DNA of 24,628 nucleotides from Candidatus Hermodarchaeota archaeon (GTDB lineage Archaea; Asgardarchaeota; Hermodarchaeia; Hermodarchaeales; Hermodarchaeaceae): NCBI GenBank assembly GCA_016840065.1, contig JAEOTB010000082.1, positions 1 to 24,628 of the forward strand, read 5' to 3'. Shown piece by piece: positions 15,715 to 24,628 of this stretch (position 1 is its first letter; each line of letters starts with the position of its first letter). The notes under the pieces were generated by a model. It saw only the letters and a program-made list of their open reading frames with translations, ran no database searches and was not told where the DNA came from. The position numbers and the translations under genes were made by a program.

Positions 15715-17082
15715 ATGTCCAGTGATTCTTCTACTCAGAAACCATCTGAATGGAAAACTCGTGCCAAACTAACTCTAGCAATACTTTTCGTGCTTTCCAT
15801 AGTGACAGCCGCAGCAAGTGCTCTTCTCCCACCCATGACCAGTGTTATGGTTGCTCAGCTGAGTCTGCCTAGCGACGACTGGATCGGCTATGTGGTCACC
15901 AGCTTCCAGCTTATCTCCGGTTTAGCAGCTCTCCCTTGGGCTTACATAGCTGACCGGGGGACTCGCCGTACCCTCCTCATTATTAGCACCTTCTTCTGGA
16001 TATGCTGGTTCATTCCCATTGTCTTGCTCTATAATACCTATCTGACACTTTTAGTGTTCTACAGCATTGCAGCCGTAGGAATCGGTGCTACAGCACCTCT
16101 GGGTCTTTCAATGGTTATTGATTGCGTTCCAGCCCGCCTCCGCTCTACAGCCGTAGGCTTACTCGGCACTGCAGCTGGAGCAGGTTTTGGTCTTGGCTTC
16201 ATCATCAGTGGTCTACTCGTAGAAGCCCTTTGGTGGCAAATCCCCTTTCAGATCCTCATCATCCTTGGTCTTGGAGCGGGGCTCCTGCTCTTCTTCACAA
16301 GAGAACCATTGAGGGGACAACATGAAGAGTCCCTAGCTGACCTACATGATTCTGGGGAGACTTACACATACCGCATAAAACGCAGCGACCTCCGCCGGAT
16401 GTGGAGAAAACACTCAAACATCTGGTTAATCTTGGTGGGAATAATCGCAATCATCCCAACTGCTGCCTTTGGTGCTTGGGCGGTTCGGTGGCTACAATTT
16501 GACCACGGCGTAAGCATTTTCGTTGCAACTCAATTCATGACTCTAGCTCTAGCCAGCCAGATTGGTGGCAACATTGTCTTTGGACGCTTGGGTGACAGGA
16601 TATTTTGTACAGATACGAAGGGAAGGGCGAAGCTCATTCTTCTCTGCTGTATCTGTGCAGGACCGGTTTTACTGCTCGCCTGCTTCTACCCCTTTTCAGT
16701 TCTGCCCTCTGCATCGATTTTCGATCTGCTATTAAACCCGGTCACATTCATCTTCTTCTTGATGGTGTTCATAGGCACCTTCTTTGACGCGGGGATATCA
16801 CCACTGATATATGTGAGTGCAGGTGATGTGAATCCACCGGAAATCCGAAGCACATCGATGTCAATACATCTTCTCGCTCATGTAATCGGCGTAGCCCTTG
16901 GCACACAGTTTGCTCCATCATTGGCAGTAATTTTCTTCGGGGGAACCTATTCACCATCCCTGGCATGGATATGCTTGTTGTTCTTTGTCGGGGCCCTTCT
17001 CACATTACCTATACTCCGCCACATAACAAGGGATATCGAACGAACTTGTGAGGAAACCCGGGAGAAGGCTTGTCGTTCATAA
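15715..17082 (+). CDS. MFS transporter (spinster-like)
   Basis: About 12 TM helices; WAYIADRGTRR, DCVPARLRSTAVG, REPLRG, GRLGDR and DVNPPEIRSTS. Confidence 0.9.
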   Translation: MSSDSSTQKPSEWKTRAKLTLAILFVLSIVTAAASALLPPMTSVMVAQLSLPSDDWIGYVVTSFQLISGLAALPWAYIADRGTRRTLLIISTFFWICWFIPIVLLYNTYLTLLVFYSIAAVGIGATAPLGLSMVIDCVPARLRSTAVGLLGTAAGAGFGLGFIISGLLVEALWWQIPFQILIILGLGAGLLLFFTREPLRGQHEESLADLHDSGETYTYRIKRSDLRRMWRKHSNIWLILVGIIAIIPTAAFGAWAVRWLQFDHGVSIFVATQFMTLALASQIGGNIVFGRLGDRIFCTDTKGRAKLILLCCICAGPVLLLACFYPFSVLPSASIFDLLLNPVTFIFFLMVFIGTFFDAGISPLIYVSAGDVNPPEIRSTSMSIHLLAHVIGVALGTQFAPSLAVIFFGGTYSPSLAWICLLFFVGALLTLPILRHITRDIERTCEETREKACRS

Positions 17083-17110
17083 GATGCGCCTATGCCAAAG
17101 CATTCGAAGA

Positions 17111-18550
17111 CTATCCATTGATGGCATCAAGGAGTCGTTGGTCTAATGTCTGGACAAAGGCATTATAACGGGTTCTGTAACGCTCAAGGGTTCCTTGGAG
17201 CTTCGGGATCGACTTAATCGGTATTCCTGTTGTGGTCTGCCGTTCTAGATAGTACTCTAAGCGTCCAGCAAGGGTTCTTAACCTGAGTTCTAACTTGTAG
17301 AGTGTACGAAGCTGTTTTGTCGCACTCCGAAGACCTGGAATGATTTCAGGGGTTTGATTTTCGTGGAGGAGGAGTGCAGCATGATGGAACCAGAGGGCAG
17401 AACGACACATGTAATTATACCGAACAAGCCTTCTGTTGTAACGGGTGCTTTCAGTTAGAGAAACAAAGCGTGGATGCGGTTCTACACCTCGCACAGCTTC
17501 ATCGCCTTCGACGATTCCAACGGGGAGAGATTTTGGCTCACCTTCTGTGAAGGACCGTGATGATTGCATCCGTTTTGCCATGATGTTGAACTTTTCTGCA
17601 CGAGCAACAAAGCCTCGAAGATAGTCATCAACACTTTCTAGCGACTGGGGAAATATGGAACGGGTGAGGGGCCATGAAAGATGAAATGAAGTGTGCATGG
17701 ATAAGATTGCTACTAAAACTATGATTAGCGGAGCCATGATGAATATACTAATGACTTCAAGGACAGGCTGGGCCAGGAGAGTGAAGAAATTCCAGAAAAA
17801 GTGCGTCATCATTGGAACAATAATGGATCCAGTGTAATAACGGATAGCAGAGAACGTCAACCCAGACATAATAAGAATCGGTACTTGGACAGCTGGCAGT
17901 ATTAAATAGAAGGGATCAAAGGGGACCGTTGTAACGATCTGGACAACATACTTCGGTACGTGGAGGACCGCAAAGAGGATTGCTGTAAGGACAAAGGGAC
18001 GAAATCCCGTGTAGCCCCGGCGGAGCTTATTGAAGATATAGCCACGAAACACCAACTCTTCAAAAACCGCGACGAGTATCAAGAAAACAACAAGCCATAC
18101 TATTTCGAGAACAATAGCAAGAAACTCGGGCGAAGAAATTGCGGGAAGGGGAAAGAAACTCATCATTATCGGAGAAGAGACGAGCATCACTATCGGGAAC
18201 CCAATCGTAGTTACAAAACCGAATATCAAAACTAGCGGTAGCTTCCAAGTGGTCAGCCCAAGTGCCTCGAAACTTGGAGAATCATAAACGACAAAGAAGA
18301 CAATGAGTACTACCATCAACCCAACATAGGCAAGGATATTCATTAACATCCTTTTTCCAAAAGAGTCCAGAAACGGTATTGGAAGAACATCAATAACTGG
18401 TAACAACAAAGACTGGAGAGCTACGATAATTGTTGTTGCCCCTAGAACAATCAAGAAAAGAGCAAAGGCATCCCGTCGAGCAGACTTGTCCAAAGCGTAC
18501 TTTGCCAACGGGCCCTCAACACTAGAAACAGATACCAAATCCTCAGTCAT
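17111..18550 (-). CDS. CPBP (CAAX/Abi) intramembrane metalloprotease with a soluble C-terminal extension
   Basis: EELVFRG, FAVLH and HFFWN motifs in TM context, followed by a ~185-aa basic helical tail. Confidence 0.88.
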   Translation of the reverse strand: MTEDLVSVSSVEGPLAKYALDKSARRDAFALFLIVLGATTIIVALQSLLLPVIDVLPIPFLDSFGKRMLMNILAYVGLMVVLIVFFVVYDSPSFEALGLTTWKLPLVLIFGFVTTIGFPIVMLVSSPIMMSFFPLPAISSPEFLAIVLEIVWLVVFLILVAVFEELVFRGYIFNKLRRGYTGFRPFVLTAILFAVLHVPKYVVQIVTTVPFDPFYLILPAVQVPILIMSGLTFSAIRYYTGSIIVPMMTHFFWNFFTLLAQPVLEVISIFIMAPLIIVLVAILSMHTSFHLSWPLTRSIFPQSLESVDDYLRGFVARAEKFNIMAKRMQSSRSFTEGEPKSLPVGIVEGDEAVRGVEPHPRFVSLTESTRYNRRLVRYNYMCRSALWFHHAALLLHENQTPEIIPGLRSATKQLRTLYKLELRLRTLAGRLEYYLERQTTTGIPIKSIPKLQGTLERYRTRYNAFVQTLDQRLLDAING

Positions 18551-18663
18551 ACATTCACAACCAGAATCTTAGCTTGACAGGCATAGTGAACCGTGCTTTT
18601 ATTCTTTTCATTCCGGGCACAAACATTCCCTAGTCCTTCTTTCTCTTGGTTTTTCGCATCACT

Positions 18664-19863
18664 TTACTCACTACTCTGTTCTCTTTTGGCTCCCCGCTTT
18701 CTTTTCTCTTGGCGATATTGACGGAAAAGTGCCATTCCCGCAAACCAACAGGGGAAGATTTCGATAAAGCGATGATGGAGCGCACCTGAAGGGTTAGCTA
18801 GTAGAATTAGCACAATCGCAGCAGCACCGTATACAAGACTCCTCTTGTGGTCCCGTCTCCGCAACAGATCCACTAGTAAAACTATCGTAACGACTAGGGC
18901 GAAAGCCATCATCACAGTACTCAGCCTTAGAAGACCTCCAGTCCAGTCGGTCACGAAATCGGTGCCAAACACATTGTAGATGATAACAGGAATAGAGCCC
19001 ATCCAAGGAATGAAGAAAATCCCATGCTGCTCAATCCAACCAGGATAGGGCACATGGAGTTGAACCCAGAATAGGTCGTGGAAAAGGGCTAGGGGTCGCC
19101 CCTCCAGCGTCGCCCATAGCTGGAATCCCCCAATAACGAGTAATGATGGTAGTAATCCTAACAGGACCTTTCTGTAGGTTCGTATGTGGTAAGCTACTGC
19201 GAAGAGAAGGAGTATGAGTACATACTGGTATGTGATTGCCCCAAGTCCCAACCAAAAGACCGACTGAAAGGGATCCTTCCACTTCTCATAACCCATTAGT
19301 ACCAAGAACAAGGGCACGCTAAGGTGGGTAACTGAATCCAGCGAGATCCCAAGAGGATTTGCCCACAAAGCCAGTGCCGCGGTTCGATACCCCATCCGCT
19401 TTAGACGATCAAACATGAGGAAATCAAAGCCCATGTGCAACAAAGTGAAGGAGGGGGAGAAGTCCATGTACCCCGCCCCAGAATACCTGTAAGGCCAAAT
19501 CATCGCAGGCAAATGAAAGAACAGCGTAGCTGGGCCATAATTGAAGAAATCTTGTGCATACCAGACCTGGGGAACATTGGTGGAGGTTGAAAGCACATAG
19601 ATACGATTGTAGGGGTTTTGACCCTGAAACATATAGAGGATACCGAGGGTGACAAGTTCGTTCATATCGTTTTGGTCAACACTTTGTGGGTAGGTTAACC
19701 CTATTCCGAGAAGAACTGCTAGCGTGATGATTCGTACCAGTAACCCTGCGCCGATGTCTTGCCACCACTGACGGTAGAGGCTGAAGGTATGAGTTAGCTT
19801 TCCGTGCAACAGTGCTCCAAAACCAGAGAGTCTCAGGTTAGGAGAAAATCCAGTTTTCTGCAT
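18664..19863 (-). CDS. Polytopic membrane protein, GT-C (GT87/DUF2029-like) glycosyltransferase candidate, paralog 2
   Basis: D...GQNPY...FFNYGP loop after TM1, then multiple TMs. Clear paralog of 19863-21044. Confidence 0.6.
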   Translation of the reverse strand: MQKTGFSPNLRLSGFGALLHGKLTHTFSLYRQWWQDIGAGLLVRIITLAVLLGIGLTYPQSVDQNDMNELVTLGILYMFQGQNPYNRIYVLSTSTNVPQVWYAQDFFNYGPATLFFHLPAMIWPYRYSGAGYMDFSPSFTLLHMGFDFLMFDRLKRMGYRTAALALWANPLGISLDSVTHLSVPLFLVLMGYEKWKDPFQSVFWLGLGAITYQYVLILLLFAVAYHIRTYRKVLLGLLPSLLVIGGFQLWATLEGRPLALFHDLFWVQLHVPYPGWIEQHGIFFIPWMGSIPVIIYNVFGTDFVTDWTGGLLRLSTVMMAFALVVTIVLLVDLLRRRDHKRSLVYGAAAIVLILLANPSGALHHRFIEIFPCWFAGMALFRQYRQEKRKRGAKREQSSE

Positions 19864-21044
19864 TAGTGTCTCTCCTGTTCTTCTATGTGTGAAAGGCTGG
19901 TTTGCCTTTTTCGGCGATAGTGCCTACCGACTTCCATTCCCATAAATGATGCTGGGATTAACACGATTATCATGTGGTGCCAAAGACCTGCCGGTGAACC
20001 GAAGAGGAAGAGTGCTAGCGATCCACTGGAGTAGATGAGGGCCCGCAGGTATCCGCGCTTCACCGCTAGATGGACCATCAAAACCACCGCAACAACAACC
20101 GCGATGCTACTCATCAGTGTACTTAGTCTGAGAAGCCCCCCAGTCCAGTCGGTTAAAAAGTCGGTACCATAAACATTGAAGAGAATTGCAGGGAGCGAGC
20201 CAGTCCAAGGATACCAGAAAATACTATGGTTACTCCAGGGCTCATAGGGGCGGTTGAGCTGGACCCAGAGCATATCATGGAACAGCGCCCAGGGACGCCC
20301 CTCCAGCATAGCCCAGACCTGGAACGTCCCAATTATCAAGATTGAAGGCACTATCGCCCCTAACACCTTCTTGTAGGAGCGGAAATGATAAGCAACAGCA
20401 AAGAGAAGGAACATCCCAACATACTGGTAAGTTATTGTGCCTAATCCTAACCAGAAAACTGATTGGAAAGGATCCTCCCACTTCTCACAGGCCATAATGA
20501 TGAAGAACAACGGTATTGAGAGGAATGTTACAAAATCCAGCGAGAGCATTATCGGGTTCAACCATATAGCTAAAGCCCCGTATCTGTGGTCCATGCGCAT
20601 AAGCCGGTCAAACATCAGGAAATCAAAGAAGCAGTGCAGAAGCGTGAAGCTAGGCTGAATGTCTATGACACCAACACCGTAGAAGTTCCAGGGATAAACC
20701 ATACAGGGAATGTGGATCAACAGGTTGAGAGGACCATAATTGAAAAAGTTCTGCGTGTAAATCACCTGAGGAACATCACCAAAAGCAGACAGGGTATACC
20801 ACTGGCTGAATGGGTTCTTACCCTGAAACATATAGATGATTCCCAGAGTGATTAACTGGTTCATGTCGTTCATGTCTGGCATGGGATAGACCATGGATGC
20901 GTAGAAGATGGCTAGGAGCAGGACTATCCGCATGATGAGGCCAGCGCTTATGTCCTTCCACCAACGACGGTACAAAAGTAGGGTGTGTGATAGCTTCTTA
21001 CCTAGAACGTTATTGAGGTTTTTGAAGAAATTAGTGAACGACAC
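19863..21044 (-). CDS. Polytopic membrane protein, GT-C (GT87/DUF2029-like) glycosyltransferase candidate, paralog 1
   Basis: NDMNQLITLGIIYMFQGKNPF...FFNYGP. The stop overlaps the next ATG (TAATG). Confidence 0.6.
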   Translation of the reverse strand: MSFTNFFKNLNNVLGKKLSHTLLLYRRWWKDISAGLIMRIVLLLAIFYASMVYPMPDMNDMNQLITLGIIYMFQGKNPFSQWYTLSAFGDVPQVIYTQNFFNYGPLNLLIHIPCMVYPWNFYGVGVIDIQPSFTLLHCFFDFLMFDRLMRMDHRYGALAIWLNPIMLSLDFVTFLSIPLFFIIMACEKWEDPFQSVFWLGLGTITYQYVGMFLLFAVAYHFRSYKKVLGAIVPSILIIGTFQVWAMLEGRPWALFHDMLWVQLNRPYEPWSNHSIFWYPWTGSLPAILFNVYGTDFLTDWTGGLLRLSTLMSSIAVVVAVVLMVHLAVKRGYLRALIYSSGSLALFLFGSPAGLWHHMIIVLIPASFMGMEVGRHYRRKRQTSLSHIEEQERH

Positions 21045-21103
21045 GTCGGACCCTCAGTCATCTACAATCAGGTAGGAGGGTTTTTTGTTAGAAAAGGTTT
21101 AGG

Positions 21104-21250
21104 CTATTTCAGGTGTCGTTCAACGCAGCTTAGTTGGTGGTCAGCGCCTTTGGTATCGCCTTGGGCTAGTAGTTTTCGGGCTGTGCTAACATGTTTTAGG
21201 ACGCATCCCAGTTTGTCTGCTTCATATTCACAATTGTTGCAATCGCACAT
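21104..21250 (-). CDS. Small Cys/His-rich protein (48 aa)
   Basis: MCDCNNCEYEADKLGCVLKH...DHQLSCVERHLK. AGGTGA RBS shortly before the ATG and an AT-rich TATA-like CTTAAATA upstream. Confidence 0.65.
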   Translation of the reverse strand: MCDCNNCEYEADKLGCVLKHVSTARKLLAQGDTKGADHQLSCVERHLK

Positions 21251-21393
21251 GGTTTTCACCTGTATGTTCCTTGAGAACGAGATTGTATTATTTAAGTTCA
21301 TTTGTCTTGCTTCAGTATTATAGAATTCTTTTGAGCAGTTCTTGTCCAGAACCAGAGGATATTTAGCTAAATGGTTTACTTTTGTGGCTAGAG

Positions 21394-21825
21394 ATGATTG
21401 ATTACATTCTGGGTTTTGGCCTATACACTGTACCTCAGTTGGTTCTTCTGATCGACTTACACCAGATTATCACATTTCTGATAGAATTCATAATCACCGC
21501 TTTTGTGATTCATCGGCTGTCTCGCAGTTCAGCTAACCCTCCAAAGACCTACGCTTTGATGAGTATCATGGCCGTCGCTGTATTCGCAGCGAACATCCCC
21601 TCCTTTCTAATCTTCCTCACCCTAGAATTCAACATCACTCTATTCTATCTCATTATCCCAGTAAGCATCGCTATAGAGTATTTCTTCCTACTAGTGATGT
21701 TCATCATACTGGGCATCATCCCAGAAGAAAGGAGACGCGCAGGAGCAGTGTTTCTCTTAATCTCTGTGGTGGTAGGCAATCTGCTGAGCTATGGGGCGTT
21801 CCTAGCACTAACACTCCTCCTTTAA
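21394..21825 (+). CDS. Hypothetical membrane protein (~4 TM)
   Basis: Hydrophobic ORF filling the intergenic gap. Confidence 0.7.
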   Translation: MIDYILGFGLYTVPQLVLLIDLHQIITFLIEFIITAFVIHRLSRSSANPPKTYALMSIMAVAVFAANIPSFLIFLTLEFNITLFYLIIPVSIAIEYFFLLVMFIILGIIPEERRRAGAVFLLISVVVGNLLSYGAFLALTLLL

Positions 21826-21931
21826 TCAACCACCCAGAGGAGGACCCACAACTTGTCTATTCTAGTCTAACAACTTAGACCTCTTTGTACAGGTCTTGTG
21901 AAGGTCTTCCTTAAACTTCTGGTCTTGTGTG

Positions 21932-22354
21932 TTAGAGAATTAAGAAGAGTCTCAACACGTAGAATACGCCTGCGTCAATGATGGCTGTGAGGATGAAGGT
22001 GATAACAACTATGGTAAGCCCTTTCTTAAAGAGGCAATCGAAGAAGTGCTGAACCAATAGAATCCATGCTGTGAATGTGGCTAGCCAGCCAACTGCCATC
22101 CAAGCAAGTCTCAGGACAAAATCAGATGTAAACAGAGGAGCGATGCCATATGTTGTTAGATACCAGGTTAACGCCGTGTCAACTGCAAATTGGAGTACTA
22201 ATCCAATAAGAGCGATGAAGAAGGCATCAGAGAATTTAGCTTCGGCATCCTGTAACCAGCGGCCAAGAGCGTAGAAGACGAGAGTCGCCACCAATAATTC
22301 GATGACGAGAGTAATCGCATTTCCTAGGAAAGTCATGATTAACATCACATCCAA
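21932..22354 (-). CDS. Hypothetical membrane protein (4 TM)
   Basis: Four hydrophobic helices; HFFDCLFKKGL loop. Confidence 0.75.
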   Translation of the reverse strand: MDVMLIMTFLGNAITLVIELLVATLVFYALGRWLQDAEAKFSDAFFIALIGLVLQFAVDTALTWYLTTYGIAPLFTSDFVLRLAWMAVGWLATFTAWILLVQHFFDCLFKKGLTIVVITFILTAIIDAGVFYVLRLFLIL

Positions 22355-22530
22355 GAATACACTACCCTTCTGCAGATGCCACCTAAATAGCTTACTGAGA
22401 TTAGCTAGTTAACAACCACTCCTCTGATATAGGCTCTAGGCTAGGCATAGTTATTTATCAGAGAAGGCGATAAGGTATTTGAAACAATATTCCTTATTCA
22501 CTCTAAGAAATAAGGAGGTTATTATGTCAG

Positions 22531-22935
22531 ATGACAAATGACAAACCGGCTGTTTCTGTAGCAAATATCACAGCTATAATTCTTATCTGGTACTGCATCG
22601 CAATCATTGCCTCCCGAATGATGACCATGGTCATCTCACCAGGCGTCGGAATAACAATGGAACACGGCTACCACTTTCACCATGTGCTTTATGGTTTGGT
22701 GTTGATGGCTGTTGGGGGATTCTTTGGCCTCTATTGGAGCGATAAGCTACCAATCCTGGCTGGCTCCTGGTTCATGGGTCTTGGCTTGGGCTTGGCGGTT
22801 GATGAGGTTGGCTTGGTTCTTTTCGCTAGTGAGGCTATTGACGGGTATTTTGCATTGGTTAGCTATCCAATTATGATCCTTGTAGCTCAGGCGCTTTTTA
22901 TTGCCTATCTAGCAGCCAGGAAGCAGAATCGCTAG
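22531..22935 (+). CDS. Integral membrane protein with HxHH...GLxxDE motif
   Basis: GYHFHHVLYG and GLGLGLAVDEVG. Strong AGGAGGT RBS. The start region carries a 7-bp duplication. Confidence 0.75.
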   Translation: MTNDKPAVSVANITAIILIWYCIAIIASRMMTMVISPGVGITMEHGYHFHHVLYGLVLMAVGGFFGLYWSDKLPILAGSWFMGLGLGLAVDEVGLVLFASEAIDGYFALVSYPIMILVAQALFIAYLAARKQNR

Positions 22936-23059
22936 ACACTCACATGTAGGAAAACTGGGAAACCTACTATCTGCCGTTTGAGAAGAGAGCAGGTTTACTA
23001 GCTGGATAGTTATCACTCTAAACCCTAGGGTAGGATGTAATAGCTGTAACTGCCTCCAA

Positions 23060-24022
23060 CTAGAATTGGTCTAGCTCATGCTCGTTTTGGATCTTCCTCA
23101 GAGTCTGTAGGACTACTTCCCGCTCTTCTCTTTCGAGCAGCCCACGAAGATATGTTCCCAAGACCCCATTCTGGGTGATCTCGAGTCGCTGAAGAGTATG
23201 GAGAACCCTCCTCTCAAATTCCTCCTTGGAAAGAGAGTTAATATCTATACCCTGAAACTCAAGCACTACCTCCCCTGTACTCTGAGGTGACATCACGGGT
23301 TCTGTGGAGGGCGTCTCAGAGGTTTGAGTGGGTTCTGGAGAAGCCTCCTCAGGGGGAGTCGGTTCTTCTTCGATTGTCACTCCGACGGTTGAACCAACAG
23401 GTTTAGCATGTGTGGGACCCGCAGTTGGTGTAGTGGGAGCAGATGGCTCCTCCACCGCTGGGACAGGGGTTGGCGTTTCTGGCATCCAATCAGGCCACCT
23501 CACCCTGATTATAGTCTCTGATAGAAGCTTGAATGAGTCTTCAACGTTCTGACCTTCCTTTGCGCTGGTTTCAACATAGATTATTCCAAGCTGGTCTGCA
23601 AGAGCCTGCCCCTCCTCTACTGACACCACGCGCTGGTCAACTAGATCAGCTTTATTCCCTAAAAGAACCCCGGGGAGTTTGCCAGTAATCTTTCCAACCT
23701 CCTCCATCCATTTAGTGATATTTGTGAAGGAGTCTCGGTTTATGACACTAAACACATAAATGATTCCAGTGCTGCCACGATAAAATAGGGGACGCACACC
23801 ACCAAAGTGTGGCTGCCCAGCAAGGTCCCAAATTTGTAGCTTCACTGCCATGCTCCCAAACCGGATTTCCTTAACAGCAAAGCTAGTTCCGATTGTCATC
23901 TTGTATGTCTCGGAGAATGTGCCTTCAGTGAAACGAACGATTAGGCTTGTCTTTCCTACGGCTCCGTCGCCCACAACAGGGACCTTAAAGATGTATGTTG
24001 CTTTTGCTGGTTGTACACTCAT
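23060..24022 (-). CDS. Rab-like small GTPase with Pro/Thr/Glu-rich linker and C-terminal helical domain
   Basis: G1 GDGAVGKTS, G2 YKMTIGTSF, KLQIWDLAGQ, FYRGS, NKAD and ETSAK. ATG 24022 follows AGGAG. Confidence 0.92.
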   Translation of the reverse strand: MSVQPAKATYIFKVPVVGDGAVGKTSLIVRFTEGTFSETYKMTIGTSFAVKEIRFGSMAVKLQIWDLAGQPHFGGVRPLFYRGSTGIIYVFSVINRDSFTNITKWMEEVGKITGKLPGVLLGNKADLVDQRVVSVEEGQALADQLGIIYVETSAKEGQNVEDSFKLLSETIIRVRWPDWMPETPTPVPAVEEPSAPTTPTAGPTHAKPVGSTVGVTIEEEPTPPEEASPEPTQTSETPSTEPVMSPQSTGEVVLEFQGIDINSLSKEEFERRVLHTLQRLEITQNGVLGTYLRGLLEREEREVVLQTLRKIQNEHELDQF

Positions 24023-24186
24023 ATTTTTTCTCCTGTGCCTTCTAGAAATTACAGGTCTTATTAAATGTGCTGTGGTTTCAAGCATATAGACGTATCGAGA
24101 GGACTTGTCCGAAAGCTCTTTTCGTTGCGGGAACCAAGATTTTAAGGGGAGTTAGCATTGTTTGCAGGAAGAGGAGACTGTTTCAT

Positions 24187-24628
24187 ATGCCTAAATCACT
24201 TGCAAAGCGTATAGTTGGAGACTGTCTACGTATTAGGGAAAGTGACCTTTTCTGGATTCATTCCTGGCAGCATTGCCATACTCTGGCAGAGGAAATCGCA
24301 CAAGAAGCCCAGGCTAGGGGTGCTTCGATAATGCTTAGCACAACATCTGATGCACTTCTAGAGCATATCCTGAAGAAGGCACCCCAAGAGGCATTGGTCA
24401 CACCACCAGATCACTGGAGGAGTGGCGTAGCTAAGGCAACAGCCTTTGTACTATTAGAGGGACCTGAAGACCCGGGGATCCTAAAGGCGGCAGACAAAGG
24501 GAAAGCTCTTTCCATCACAGGTCATATCAACAGGATTCTTGGTACAGCAGTTGCCAATAAGGCTCGCACACTACGAGTTAGACTCCCGTCCTTCACACAA
24601 AAGGCGGCAAGAGCTTATGGCATCAAAT
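24187..24628 (+). CDS. Probable M29 family aminopeptidase, N-terminal part (runs off the window; absent from the ORF track)
   Basis: Open frame MPKSLAKRIVGDCLRIRESDLFWIHSWQHCHTLAEEIAQEAQARGA...LPSFTQKAARAYGIK with a GAGGAG RBS. The pattern resembles aminopeptidase T/AmpS N-termini. Confidence 0.7.
   Translation, partial: MPKSLAKRIVGDCLRIRESDLFWIHSWQHCHTLAEEIAQEAQARGASIMLSTTSDALLEHILKKAPQEALVTPPDHWRSGVAKATAFVLLEGPEDPGILKAADKGKALSITGHINRILGTAVANKARTLRVRLPSFTQKAARAYGIK

Noticed and set aside
267-24089. Numerous short antisense or overlapping ORFs in the track (e.g. 4807-5109, 8174-8491, 11300-11647, 12364-12681)
   Set aside because: They are nested in well-supported genes and show no motifs or RBS.
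1-24628. CRISPR array, transposase, integrase, rRNA or tRNA genes
   Set aside because: No regularly spaced repeats or diagnostic motifs were seen on either strand.

Overview
Archaeal genomic window, most likely from an Asgard archaeon. This is inferred from a Rab-like small GTPase, AfpA- and MptN/RimK-type cofactor genes, TATA/BRE promoters and GGTGA/GGAGG ribosome-binding sites. Most of the window is housekeeping and membrane genes: ATP-grasp ligase, DUF3795, a divergent inositol-3-phosphate synthase, NUDIX, AfpA, an ABC exporter, two MFS transporters, a CPBP protease, two tandem GT-C-like proteins and the start of an M29 aminopeptidase. Two accessory systems stand out. (1) A Ro60/TROVE-vWA gene is coupled to an ARPP/DUF6569-like gene. 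Upstream lies a highly structured intergenic region holding a candidate Y-RNA-like element (GUCGAA with a bulged-C stem), a second structured leader element and a divergent ~135-nt RNA candidate, all arranged around one bidirectional TATA box. (2) A ~5-kb integrase-free cassette encoding two cell-surface proteins is inserted in the 3' end of the ino1-like gene. It is flanked by a 260-bp duplication that is heavily diverged at synonymous sites but retains a 23-bp identical core, and the mutation pattern places the crossover at that core. All family calls come from motif recognition by eye; no searches were run.
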